A stretch of DNA of 64,000 bases from assembly GCA_030390025.1 (NCBI GenBank), contig JASTWF010000037.1, forward strand, positions 124,001-188,000, written 5' to 3'. Under the pieces are notes generated by a model. That model saw only the letters and a list, made by a program, of their open reading frames with translations, was not told the origin of the DNA and ran no database searches. Numbering within the stretch: the first letter of the stretch is position 1; each line of letters starts with the position of its first letter. Positions 38,870 to 51,002 of this stretch are shown piece after piece. Both the position numbers and the translations under genes were made by a program. This DNA is from Squalus acanthias. Lineage: Eukaryota.

Positions 38870-39348
38870 AAAAAGACAGACTTGCATTTCTATAGCGCCT
38901 TTCACAACCTCAGGACATCCCAAAGCGCTTTACAGCCAATGAAGCACTTTTTTGGAGTGCGGTCACTGTTGTAATGTGGGAAACGCGGCAGCCAATTTGC
39001 GCACAGCAAGCTCCCACAAACAGCAATGTGATAATGGCCAGATAATATTTTTTAGTGATGTTGGTTGAAGGATGGATAAATATTGGCCCCAGGACACCGG
39101 GGAGAACTCCCCCCCTGCTCTTCTTCCAATAGTGCCCGTGGGATCTTTTACGTCCACCTGAGAGGGCAGACGGGGGCCTCGGTTTAACGTCTCATCCGAA
39201 AGACGGCACCTCCGACAGTGCAGCACTCCCTCAGCACTGCACTGGGAGCGTCAGCCTGGATTATGGGCTCAAGTCTCTGGAGTGAGACTCGAACCCACGA
39301 CCTTCTGACTCAGAGGCGAGAGAGTGCCATACATTGAGTCACTGGCTG
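38870..39348 (-). mobile_element. Deu-domain SINE, near full length
   Basis: Homologous to 1619-2079. Confidence 0.8.
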
Positions 39349-39447
39349 ACAAAAAGGCAACGGTTTGACCCCACCCTCCGCCCAAAAAAATACAAACAGG
39401 ATAAGGAGGGAGTCGGGTTGGCAAAAGGGGTCGGAGGTCACAGGGTT

Positions 39448-39766
39448 GGGTTGCCAACTTTGGTTGCATGTCTTCCTGGAGGTTTCATCACATGACCTCC
39501 TGCCTCCAACTGCCCCGACCCCACGCTCCCGCCATTGGTCAGCCAACTCCGCCTTCCCATGCCAATTCCAAAGCCGATTGGATGATTCTTGACTGTCTGT
39601 CAAAACAACGTTTTTTTTCCCCCCCACCCCGTCTCCAATACTTTTCCAAGTAATAAACAAAAGTGTTCTAAGAAAATTTTCTTTAATGCTCCTGTGATAT
39701 TTCTCCCGGGAGATTAATCTTCGATTCCTGGAGACTCCAGGCCAATCCCTGGAGGGTTGGCAACCC
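39448..39766. mobile_element. MITE-like element with 11-bp TIR GGGTTGCCAAC/GTTGGCAACCC
   Basis: TIRs seen directly; homologous copies at 18712 and 48810. Confidence 0.7.
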
Positions 39767-39920
39767 CGAGGAGGGAGGGACTGTAATGGCGGTGACACAT
39801 CTATGAGAGCGCAAGGCACAGGGAGTGGGCAAGGGAAGAGAATAGAGCGCGGACTCGCAGGAGGATTGAAAGGCTGAGCCAGGGGGCCGTGATTGGAGGA
39901 TTGGCGCCAAGAGAAAACTG

Positions 39921-40122
39921 GCTCCTGATTGGCTGCCGTCTCACATCAAGGCCCAGCCTCCTGATTGGCTGCCCTCGCGCATCAAGGCCCAGCCTCCTGA
40001 TTGGCTGCTGGCCTCGCGCATCAAGACCAAGCTTCCTGATTGGCTGCTGCCCTCGCACATCAAGACCCAGCCTCCTGATTGGCTGTCTTCTCGCGTTAAG
40101 GCCAGCCTCCTGATTGGTTGTC
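39921..40122. promoter_or_regulatory. Tandem array of six CCAAT (NF-Y consensus) boxes in 35-39 bp units
   Basis: CTGATTGG(C/T)TG at 39925, 39961, 39997, 40036, 40075 and 40110. Function unproven. Confidence 0.45.
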
Positions 40123-40174
40123 AGGTGACGGTTCCCCCCCCCCCCCCGCACCCCCCGGGCAATGAAAACAGAAA

Positions 40175-41067
40175 GGGGGAAAAATTAGGTCGCACCCCAT
40201 TTGGGGCGCAAATATCGTCTGGACGCAAATATTAGCGCCTGGCGCTAATTATCGGCACTGACTGGAAACTTCACTTTTACCGCCCCGGGAGGTGAGTGGA
40301 GCGCTAAATCAGGCGCTGCACACCTGTCTTAAGGCGCAAAGGCCAAGGAGTGAGGCGCTAACTCAGAGCGCTGGCGAAGCTCATGTAATGTCAGTCAGCA
40401 ATGGAACACACACACAATGGCACGGGCCAGTTCTTAAAGGGGATGGTTAATCTTGCTTTCCATCCACATCCTGTTCATTGCAGCCTTGAATCTCAGCCTG
40501 GAGAGACTTGCACATCAAATGTGCTGGAAAGAACAATGGAGAGTACCAGGCAAAGAGCTCAGAGTGCAGCTCCCACAGTCTCTGCTAAATCGATACAAGG
40601 AATGGCAAATCAAAATGAACCTGCAAAGTGCTGCTCAGTACCCAAAACTCCTTCACACAACGTTGAATCTCTCTAGAAGTCTCTCCCTCTCTCTCTCAGA
40701 ATGCGTAGTTCAAAAATGCCACCAACAATAAAAGACAGGAAGAGGCCCCCTTTAAATAGCGCCTCCCCCAGCCCCACAGTGATTGATAGCGTTCCAGTCT
40801 TCTGGTCGTTGGATGCGCCAGGCGGTAAGGCAGGGGGCGCCACTCAATTTCCGCTCCGGGGCGCCACAAGGGCGTTGCACCATGGAATGACGTCACAATC
40901 TGCGCGCGCAGGTGGTCGCAGCGGTAAAGTTTAGCGCCGCCGCACAATCTCTAGTTAAGTTCCCGAGCGGCGCAAACATCGCTGCGCCCGGGCGTTAGCG
41001 GCTTTGCGCCCCATTAGCGCCCTCTTAAGGCGCTAACGGGAGGCGCAACCAACTGAATTTTTACCCC
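40175..41067. mobile_element. Harbinger-like MITE, same family as 15905-16688, opposite orientation
   Basis: TIR GGGGGAAAAATTAGGT / ACTGAATTTTTACCCC; 3-bp TSD AAA; subterminal homology to the 15.9-kb copy. Confidence 0.8.
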
Positions 41068-41069
41068 AA

Positions 41070-41885
41070 AATGCCTGAAACACTCAGCAGGTCAGGTCAA
41101 CGTCTCAGCTCGACGGCCTTTCGTCAGAACTGGAAGATGTTGGAGATGAATGGCTTTTCAGCAAATGCGGAGCTTGGGAAAAGGGGGTGGGGATTGAACA
41201 AAAGGGAGACACCTGTGATAGGGCAGAGCCACTAACACCTCGATTTTAAAATTCTTATCCTTGTTTTCAAATCCCTCCATGGCCTCGCCCCTCCCTATCT
41301 CTGTAACCTCCTCCAGCTCCACAACTCTCCGAGATCGCTGCGCTCCTCCAATTCTGGCCTCTTGCGCATCCCTGTTTTCCATCGCTCCACCATTGGCGGC
41401 CGTGCCTTCAGCTGCCTGGGCCCCAAGCTCTGGAATTCCCTCCCTAAACCTCTCCGCCTCTCTCCTCCTTTAAGACGCTCCTTAAAACCTACCTCTTTGA
41501 CCAAGCTTTTGGTCACCTGTCCCTAATATCTCCTTATGTGGATCGGTGTCACTTTTTGTCTGGTAATCACTCCTGTGAAGCACCTTGGGACATTTTACTA
41601 CGTTAAATGTTAAATGCAGGTTGTTGGGTTAGCGGGCAGGAGTGATTAAGTGACAAAAGGGCTGATGACGTGAGGCAAAAGGGAGTGATAATTACACAAG
41701 CCTAGAAACGAAAGACGAGTCCAGAGGAGGTGTAACGGGTTGCCGTAGAGGAGGCGGCGAGGGACTGCGCCCGTCCAATTTCCCCCCACTTCCGCCCTCA
41801 TTAACCCCTCGTTCCACACAGACGCTGCCTGACCTGCTGATTGCTTGCAGCATTTTCTGTTTTTTATTTCAGATTTCCAGCACTC
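41070..41885. mobile_element. Decayed PLE family A-related terminal sequence, split by an L2 fragment (41238-41625)
   Basis: Degenerate hammerhead on the minus strand at about 41096-41131; inverted terminal piece at 41815-41885. Confidence 0.55.
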
Positions 41886-42084
41886 CTCGAGGGGCTTGGG
41901 GCCCCTCCTGGGACCTCTTCTGGCCAGCCGGCTCCCCCTGCTGCGATTCTGCTGCCGAGGGTCCCGTCTGCCCTCTCGGGTGGACGTGAAAGACCCCCCG
42001 GGGGGCCGCTATTGGAAGACGAGCAGGGGGAGTTCTCCCCGGTGTCCTGGGGCCAATATTATCGCTCAACCATAGAATGATACA

Positions 42085-42587
42085 TGATGCGGATCTGCGG
42101 GTTAGCGTTCTCCAAGGCGGCCTTCGAGACACACGACAACGCAAAATCATCGAGCAGAAACTGATAGCCAAGTTCCGCACCCATGAGGACGGCCTCAACC
42201 GGGATCTTGGTTTCATGTCACGTTACATGACGTAGAGTCATCCAGACTCGAGTCGTCGTTGTCTTGTTCACAGATGTGATTTCCAGTTTAAAAAAAAAGT
42301 AAAAAGCTTAACTGCAGACTGCAGCATTTGACATATTGGACCCCCTGTGACCCCACCTCATTGTCTTAGCTGTACTCTGCTGTGTCTTTGATGTAATGCC
42401 TTCCTGACTGATTGTATCTCTGCCGAGGTGGTGTGATGGAGGGCAGTCAGAAACACATTGTTCTCTGTCTATATATGCTTTGTATCTGATTTGCATTCCC
42501 TCACTTTACCTGATGAAGGAGCAGCGCTCCGAAAGCTCGTGATGTCAAATAAAACTGTTGGACTATAACCTGGTGTTGTGCGACTCT
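42085..42587 (+). mobile_element. PLE family B: endonuclease C-terminal stub plus pseudo-LTR, 14-bp TSD
   Basis: 42092-42235 encodes DLRVSVLQGGLRDTRQRKIIEQKLIAKFRTHEDGLNRDLGFMSRYMT*. TSD CATAGAATGATACA at 42071-42084 and 42588-42601. Confidence 0.85.
42506..42542 (+). ncRNA. Minimal type-I hammerhead ribozyme motif (PLE family B)
   Basis: ttac-CTGATGA-a-ggagc-agc-gctcc-GAAA-gc-TC-gtga. Confidence 0.78.
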
Positions 42588-43005
42588 CATAGAATGATAC
42601 AGCACAGAAGGAGGCCATTCGGCCCATCGTGCCTGTGCCGGCTGTTTGAAAGAGCTCTCCAATTAGTCCCACTCCCCCCTGCTCTTTCCCCATAGCCCTG
42701 CATATTTTTCCACTTTGAAAGTTACTATTGAATCTGCTTCCACCCCCCTTTCAGGCAGCGCATTCCAGATCACAACAACTGGCTGCGTGTAAAAAAATTC
42801 TCATCTCCCCCCTCTGGCTCTTTTGCCGAATACCTGAAATCTGTGTCCTCTGGTTACCGACCCTCCTGCCACTGGAAACAGTTTCTCCTTATTTACCGTG
42901 AGGATTTTGAACGCCTCTATCAAATCTCCCCTTTAACCTTTTCAGCTCTAACAACCCCAGCTTCTCCGGTCTCTCCACGTAACTGAAGTCCCCTCATCCC
43001 TGGTG
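42588..43005 (-). mobile_element. CR1 3' fragment nested in a Deu-SINE (41960-43205)
   Basis: CR1 tail and ORF2-end homology; SINE halves on both sides. Confidence 0.75.
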
Positions 43006-43784
43006 CTCAATCGCCATCCTTGAAACAGGTGAGCTGGTCATTTATCACATTGCTGTCTGTGGGATCTTGCTGTGTGCAAATTGGCTGCTGCTGCGTTTCC
43101 CTACATTACAGCAGCGACTACACTTCAAAAAGTGCTTCATTGGCTGTAAAGTGCTGTGGGAGGTCCGGTGGTCGTGAAAGGCGCTGTAGAAACGCAAGTC
43201 TCTTTCTGACTTTCTCACAAGGCAGATTCCTGGTTTCCATCCCACCCTTGTCATTTTTATATCCATTCCCTCTGGCGAGTGGGTCAATAACCGAAGGTCA
43301 TCGATTTAAAATCATTGGCTGAAGATCCAGGGGGGAGATGAGGAGAAATTTCTTCACTCAGAGAGTTGGAGGGCTCTGGAAAGGATGGTGGCAGGTGATT
43401 CCATCAATCATTGTAAAAGGGAGTTGGACAGGCACTTAAGGATCAGCAACTTACAGGGTTACGGACACAATGCAGGGGATGTGGGACTAAGCACGACTGC
43501 TCTTTCAAAGAGCCGGCACAGGCCCGGACTGGCCGAAAGGCCACCCTCTGTGCTGTAAGTGTCTGCGATTCTCTGGTTTGTTCTTGGGCTGTGAGTAACA
43601 GGTGCAAGCCCAGAGTTATTGCCCCTCCCTAGTTAGAAGGGATCTGGGAGGGTTGTGGGGCTGGAGGAGGTTCCAGAGATAGGGAGGAGGCGAGGGCCAC
43701 GGAGGGGTTTGAAGATGAGGAGGAGGATTTTAAATTCGAGGCGTTGGCGGCGCTGCCCTATCACAAGCCTCCTCCTTTTGTGTG

Positions 43785-44250
43785 TCAGCCGTGGCTCAGT
43801 GGGCAGCACCCTCGCCTCTGAGTCAGAAGGTCGTGGGTTCAAGTCCCACTCCAGAGACTTGAGCACAAAACTCTAGGCCGACACTCCCGGTGCCAGTACT
43901 GAGGGAGTGCTGCACTGTCGGAGGTGCCGTCTTTCGGATGAGACGTTAAACCGAGGGCCCCGTCTGCCCTCTCAGGTGGATGTGAAAGATCACATGACCA
44001 CTATTTTGAAGAAGAGCAGGGGGGAGTTCTCCCCGGTGTCCTGGTCAATTCATCCCTCAATCAACATCACTAAAACAGATTATCTGCTCATTATCATCAT
44101 TGCTGTTTGTGGGAGCTTGCTGTGCGCAAATTGGCTGCTGCATTTCCCTACATTACAACAGTGACTACACTTCAAAAGTACTTCATTGGCTGTAAAGCGC
44201 TTTGGGAGATCCTGAGGTCATGAAAGACGCGTTATATAAATTGCCTTTTT
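43785..44250 (+). mobile_element. Deu-domain SINE, full length
   Basis: CAGCCGTGGCTCAGTGGG (A box) ... GGTTCAAGTCC (B box), Deu core, L2-type tail. Confidence 0.85.
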
Positions 44251-44776
44251 TTTGTACTTTCCCTGTCACCCTTTTCTCTGACTCTGTACTGTTCATCTCC
44301 AACATCTTCCAGTTCTGACGACAGCTCACTGACTCCTCGCTCCGCAGATGCCGCCTGACCCGCTGAACGTGTTCTGGAATTTTCTGATGAAACCACCCCC
44401 CCCCCCCTCCCCCCGCCAAGGCCGGGCCTTGATGCGAGACAGCAGCCAATCAGGAGCCAGTTTCCGCTTGACGCCAATTCTCCACTCGCCCTCTACTCGC
44501 TTCCCCTTTCCCACTCCCTGTGCCTTGCGCTCTCACAGCCCCCCGGGCCTATGTCACCGTTAGTACAGCCCCTCTCCCTCAGAGGGGTGGCCAACCCTCC
44601 TGGATTGGCCTGGAGTCTCCAGGGATGGAAGATCAATCTCCTGGACTCTCATGTGGGACTTTGTCATGTCTAGGCCCAGACCAGTTCCCTGGTTCTTCTG
44701 AAGGACATTAGGGAACCAGTTGGATTCTGAACAACAATTCAACAGCTTCCACGGCTACCCCATGGTGGAGAGAGAA

Positions 44777-45384
44777 ACTTAGAAACATAGAAAAATAGGA
44801 GCAGGAGTAGGCCATTCGGCCCTTCGAGCCTGCTCCGCCATTCAATATGATCATGGCTGATCCTCTATCTCAATACCATATTCCCGCTCTCTCCCCATAC
44901 CCCTTGATGCCTTTTGTGTCTAGAAATCTATCTATCTCCTTCTTAAATATATTCAGCGACTTGGCCTCCACAGCCTTCTGTGGTAGAGAATTCCACAGGT
45001 TCACCACCCTCTGAGTGAAGAAATTTCTCCTCATCTCAGTCCTAAATGTCCTACCCCGTATCCTGAGACTGTGACCCCTCGTTCTAGACCCCCCAGCCAG
45101 GGGAAACATCCTCCCTGCATCCAGTCTGTCTAGCCCTGTCAGAATTTTACACGTTTCAATGAGATCCCCCTCTCATTCTTCTGAACTCTAGTGAATACAG
45201 GCCTAGTCGACCCAATCTCTCCTCATACGACAGTCCTGCCATCCCAGGAATCAGTCTGGTGAACCTTCGCTGCACTCCCTCTACGGCAAGTATATCCTTT
45301 CTTCGGTAAGGAGACCAAAACTGCACACACTACTCCAGGTGTGGTCTCACCAGGGCCCTGTACAACTGTAGTAAGACACCCTTG
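44777..45384 (-). mobile_element. Young CR1/HER1 3' fragment
   Basis: Near-identical to 33990-34616. Confidence 0.9.
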
Positions 45385-46238
45385 AACTCACAACCTCCGA
45401 GATTGCTGGTCCAGTACCCAAACCGCAACACCGCACTGGCTCCTGGGGTACAGCTCCATGCCAGGGGAGATAGCCACCTTCTTCACGTGTGAGCCTAGAC
45501 AGCGAGTGCTGGTGGGATATTCGACTATATCGGGCTTCGCGGCCGTGCCCGATCCCGTCCACAAACTTTCTAGAGGTGCTGGGGTGAGGGTGGGAGGAGG
45601 TGGATCAGCAGATATCAATCCAGAGCCGGAGGTGGTGGGTAAGCAACCCTAGGTCCCCAGTCCCAGTGGGCTGGAGGACGACAATACGAGACCCTGCCTT
45701 CTTTTTTATTATTCGTTTATGGGATGTGGGCGTCGCTGGCAAGGCCGGCATTTATTGCCCATCCCTAATTGCCCTTGAGAAGGTGGTGGTGAGCCGCCTT
45801 CTTGAACCGCTGCAGTCCGTGTGGTGAAGGTGCTACCCACAGTGCTGTTGGGTCGGGAGTTCCAGGATTTTGACCCAGCGACGATGAAGGAACGGCTGAT
45901 ATATTTCCAAGTCAGGATGGTGTGTGTGACTCGGAGGGGAACTTGGAGCAGAATGAGGACAGAAGCCGAGGACATCCTGCTGTTCCGCGTGACAACCGAT
46001 TCCCCTCCGTCCCCCGCCCGCCCGCCCTCCGTCCTACCCCCGGAGCCAGCGGGTTCCCATGTGTGGGCATCCTAGGTTGGCACAGCCTCTTAATATTGGT
46101 TCTCTGGGTGTGGGCGTCGCTGGCAAGACCGGGCATTTAGCGTCCGATCCCCAGTTGCACCCTGAGAAGGTGGTGGTGGGCCTTCTTCTTGAACCGCTGT
46201 GTCGCGGTTTGGAGACGACCGAATGGCTCGCTCGGCCC

Positions 46239-46239
<1 letters not shown>

Positions 46240-46269
<30 letters not shown>

Positions 46270-46900
46270 CTTCTTCTTCTTTGGCAGTCCCTCGGAACCG
46301 AGGATGACTTGCTTCCACACTAAAAATGAATTCGCAGGTGACTGATGAGTCCAATGCGGGACCTACAGTGTCTGTCACAGGTGGGGCAGACGGTGGTTGA
46401 AGGGGCAGGTGGGTGGGGTGCTTGGCGTGACGTGCGCTCCTTCCGCTGTTTGCGCTTGGCTTCTGCTTGCTCCCGGCGAAGAGATTCGAGGTGTTCAGCC
46501 GGCGCCTTCCTGGATGCTTCTCCTCCACTTTGTGTGGTCTTGGGCCTGGGATTCCCAGGTGTCGGTGGGGGATGTTGCACTTTTTCCAAGGAGGCTTTGA
46601 GGGTGTCCTTGAAAAGTTTCCTCTGCCCACCTGGGGCTCTCTTGCCGTGCCGGAGCTCCGAGTAGAGCGCTTGTTTTGGGAGTCTCGTATCGGGCATGCG
46701 GACGATGTGGCCCGTCCATCGGAGCTGATCGAGCGTGGTCGAAGCTTCGATGCTGGGGATGTTGGCCTGAGCGAGAACACTGACGTTGGTGCGCCTATCC
46801 TGCCAATGGATTGGCAGGATCTTGCGGAGGCAGCGTTGGTGGTACCTCTCCAGTGCTTTGAGGTGCCTGTTGTACATGGTCCATGTCCCTGAAGCATACA
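46240..46900 (-). mobile_element. RTE-clade LINE 3' fragment with (GAA)n tail
   Basis: LYASGTWTMYNRHLKALERYHQRCLRKIL...CPTCDRHCRSRIGLISHLRIH; (TTC)n at 46240-46281. Confidence 0.9.
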
Positions 46901-47618
46901 GGACATGGCTCGCTCGGCTCGCTTCAAAGGCCAAGTCAAGAGCCAACTACGTTGGTGCGGGACTGGAGTCACGTATAAGGCCCAGAGCGGGTAAGGACGG
47001 CAGGTTTCCTCCCCCTGAGGGGGAAGCTGGATAAACACCTGAGGGAGAAAGGAGTAGAAGGAGATGGCGATGGGCTGAGATGAAGAGTGGGGGGGGGGGC
47101 GGGAGGGTGGAGCATAAACACCAGTGTGGACCTGATGGGCTGAATGGCCTGCTTCTGTGCTTGTACGTTCGCTGTGAAGGACATTGGGTGAGCCAGTTGG
47201 TCACTTTTACTGTCGGGGGGCTTTTTTATTTTCAGATTTTTCAAACAGATTTCAGGTTGTCAAAGTGCCGGGGTGGGATTGGAACTCACGGTCCCTGGAA
47301 TATGAATCCAGTAACGTGACCATGGCACCAGCGCTTCCCCCTCAGTTTGTGAGTTTAAGAGTGTCTGTTGCACACGGGGCGGTTACGGCCTTGGCAAGAG
47401 TTTGGCCACTTCAATCGAGGACACAGTTCATTCCGCTTTTGGTGCAGTGACTTATGTTTCATTTTTAAAAAAAAATTTCAACGGGTTTGGAGCAAAATAT
47501 ATTTTCTAAACCGGTTACAGTACACGCTACAGTGAAAGAACATGTCATGTGTAAAGAGTCCTTTCCACAGCTCACAACAGTGAGGATCAGGGTCTCCTCA
47601 TCATGCTGCACATCCTTC

Positions 47619-48192
47619 GCCCCCCCTCCCCTCCTTTGTCCCCCTCCCTTCCCCATCCCCTGTCGCCTCATCTCCCAGCCCCCTCCGCCTCCTCCCCCTT
47701 CAGTCCCTCCCCTCCCCTCCCGTCCCCCATTACCCCACCTACCCGCCCCCTCCCCCTTCAGTCCCTCCCCTCCCCTCCCCTCCCTCATTGCCTCCCCTCC
47801 CCTCCTTTGTCCCCCTTCCTTCCCCATCCCTTCCCCATCCCCTGTCGTCTCATCTCCCAGCCCCCTCTGCCCCCTCCCCCTTCAGTCCCTCCCCTCCCCT
47901 CCCTCATTGCCTCCCCTCCCCTCCTTTGTCCCCCTCCCTTCCCCATCCCTTCCCCATCCCCTGTCGTCTCATCTCCCAGCCCCCTCCGCCCCCTCCCCCT
48001 TCAGTCCCTTCCCCCATTGCCTCCCTTCCTCTCCTTTGCCCCTCCCCTTCTCCCCCTCCCCTCCTCCCTTCACCCTCCTCCACTAGCCCACTGCCTCATC
48101 TCCCCTCCTCATCCCGCCCCCTTCGTCCCCTCCCCTCCCCATCGCCCCTCCCCCCTCCCCATTCACCTCCACTCCCCCCTCCTCCGCTTCCC
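47619..48192. repeat. C-rich polypyrimidine low-complexity tract with internal duplications
   Basis: Runs of CCCCT; the Pro-rich ORFs are artefacts. Confidence 0.85.
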
Positions 48193-48196
48193 ATTG

Positions 48197-48622
48197 ATTG
48201 GGCTTATACTCGCTGGAGTATAGAAGAATGAGAGGGGATCTCATTGAAACTTATAAAATTCTGACAGGACAGGACAAACTAGATGCAGGAAGGATGTTCC
48301 CGATGGTCGGGGAGTCCAGAACCAGGGGTCACAGTCTAAGGATAAGGGGTAAGCCATTTAGGACAGAAATGAGGAGGAATTTCTTCACCCAGAGAGTGGT
48401 GAACCTGTGGAATTCTCTGCCACAGAAGACAGTAGAGGCCAATTCATTAAATAGATTCAAGAAGGAGTTGGATATATTTCTTAAGGCTAAAGGGATCAAG
48501 GGATATGGGGAGAAAGCAGGGACAGGGTACTGAATTTGGATGATCAGCCATGATCGCATTGAATGGCGGAGCAGGCTAGAGGGGCCGAATGGCCTACTCC
48601 TGCTCCTATCTTCTATGATTCT
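48197..48622 (+). mobile_element. CR1/HER1 3' fragment
   Basis: GLYSLEYRRMRGDLIETYK...GEKAGTGY*. Confidence 0.9.
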
Positions 48623-49014
48623 ATCACCCCTCCTCCGCTCTCCTCTCCCTTTCGCACCCCCGCTCCCCTCGCCCTTACCCGCCCCTCTTCCTTTCCCCTC
48701 CCCCTCAGGGTCACATGGCTGTGGAGGCCCCCTCTTTGTTTCCGTAGCGACGAGTACATTCCCATCTGGTGCCCTATTTTTCTTTGTGGGGGGGGGGACG
48801 TGTTGTTAGTGTTGCCAACTCTGGTTGCCCGTATTCCAGGAGGTTTTATCACAGGACCTCCTGGTCAAACACTCTTTCTCCCCACACCAAACTCCCATTA
48901 AAAAAAAAAATTACTAATAAGCAAAAATGTTGAAAGGAAATTTAGGCCGCAGTAATTTTTCTCCCAGGGTTTTTGCTCGCAGGAGATGAATCTTCAAATC
49001 CTGGAGACTCCATA

Positions 49015-49348
49015 CAATCATAGAAAGTGACAGCACGGAAGGAGGCCATTTCGGCCCATCGTGTCCGTGCTGGCCGAAAAAGAGCTATCCAGCCTAATCC
49101 CACTTCCCAGCTCTTGGTCCGTAGCCCTGCAGGTTACAGCATCCCAAGTGCACATCCAAGTACTTTTTAAATGTGGTTAGGGTTCCTGCCTCTACCACCC
49201 TTTCAGGCAGTGAGTTCCAGACCCCCACAACCCTCTGGGTGAAGAAATTTCCCCTCAAATCCCCTCTAAACCTTCCCCCAATTACTTTAAATCTGTGCCC
49301 CCTGGTTTTTGACCCCTCTGCTAAGGGAAATAGGTCCTTTCTATCCAC
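49015..49348 (-). mobile_element. CR1 3' fragment (same subfamily as 1-1582)
   Basis: DRKDLFPLAEGSKTRGHRFKVIGG...GPRAGKWD*. Confidence 0.88.
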
Positions 49349-50630
49349 ATTGAATGTCAAGGGGCAGTGGTTAGACTCTCGCTTGTTGGAGATAGTCATT
49401 GCCTGGCACTTCTGTGGCGCGAATGTTACCTGCCACTTATCAGCCCAAGCCTGAACGTCGTCCAGGTCTTGTTGCATGCGGGCATGGACTGCTTCATTAT
49501 CTGTGGAGTTGTGAATGGCGCTGAATACTGCAATCATCAGCGAACATCCCCATTTCTGACCTTAAGTTGGAGGGAAGGTCATTGATGAAGCAGCTGAAGA
49601 TGGCTGGGCCTGGGACACTGCCCTGAGGAACTCCTGCAGTGATGTCCTGGGGCTGCGATGATTGACCTTTAATCACCACAACCATCTTCCTTTGTGCTAG
49701 GTATGACTCCAGCCAGTGGAGCATTTTCCCCCCGATTCCCATTGACTTCAGTTTTACTCGGGCTCTTTGATGCCACACTCGGTCAAATGCTGCCTTGGTG
49801 TCAAGGGCAGTCACTCACTTCTCCTCTGGAATTCAGTTCCTTTGTCCATGTTTGGACCAAGGCTGTAATGAGGTCTGGAGCCGAGTGGACCTGGCGGAAC
49901 CCAAACTGGGCATCAGTGAGCAGGTTATTGGTGAGTAAGTGCCGCTTGATATCACTGCCGATGACACCTTCCATCACTTTGCTGATGATTGAAAGTAGAC
50001 TGATGGGGCGGTAATTGGTCGGATTGGATTTGTCCTGCTTTTTGTGAACAGGACATACCTGGACAGTTTTCCACATTGTCGGGTAGATGTCAGTGTTGTA
50101 GCTGTACTGGAACAGCTTGGCTAGAGGCGCGGCTAGTTCTGGAGCACAAGTCTTCAGCACGATAGCCGGGATGTTGTCAGGGCCCATAGCCTTTGCTGTA
50201 TCCAGTGCGCTCAGCCGTTTCTTGATATCACGTGGAGTGAATCATAGAAATATAGAAGACAGGAGCAGGAGTAGGCCATTCGGCCCCTCGAGCCTGTTCC
50301 GCCATTTAATGAGATCATGGCTGATCATCCAAATTCAGTACCCTGTCCCTGCTTTCTCCCCATATCCCTTGATCCCTTTAGCCTTAAGAAATATATCTAA
50401 CTCCTTCTTGAATATATTTAATGAATTGGCCTCAACTGCCTTGTGTGGTAGAGAATTCCACAGGTTCACCACTCTCTGGGTGAAGAAATTCCTCCTCATC
50501 TCAGTCCTAAATCGAATTGGCTGAAGACTGGCTTCTGTGATGGTGGGGACCTCAGGAGGAGGCCGATATGAATCAGCCACTCGGCCCTTCTGGCTGAAGA
50601 TGGTTGCAAACGCTTCAGCCTTGTCTTTTG
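49349..50630 (-). mobile_element. RTEX-like LINE RT-domain fragment with nested CR1 (50243-50511)
   Basis: GPDNIP..LK.CAPELA, NYRPISLLS, QFGFR, AFDRVWH, GVPQGSV, FADD motifs across frameshifts. Confidence 0.85.
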
Positions 50631-51002
50631 CAATGGTGGAGCGATTAAAATCGGGGGGATGCTCAAGAGGCCAGAATTGGAGGAGCGCAGAGATTTCGGG
50701 GGGATTGTAGAGCTAGAGGAGATTACAGAGATAGGGAGGGGCGAGGCCATGGAGGGATTTGAAAACAAGGATGAGAATTTTTAAATTGAGGCGTTGCTTA
50801 ACCGGGGGCCAATGTAGGTCAGTGAGCACAGGGGGTGATGGGTGAATGGGACTTGGGGCGAGTTAGGATACGGGCAGCAGTATGTCATGCGATAAAACCT
50901 CCAGGACTACAGCTGACCAAAGCTGCCAACCCTGGCCGCCAACTAAACCTGACAATCGGCTTCACGTCACTATAGATGGTTGAGTAATCCCTCCATTTGC
51001 TT

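Noticed and set aside
47487..48231. Proline-rich ORFs
   Set aside because: Low-complexity C-rich tract, open in all frames.
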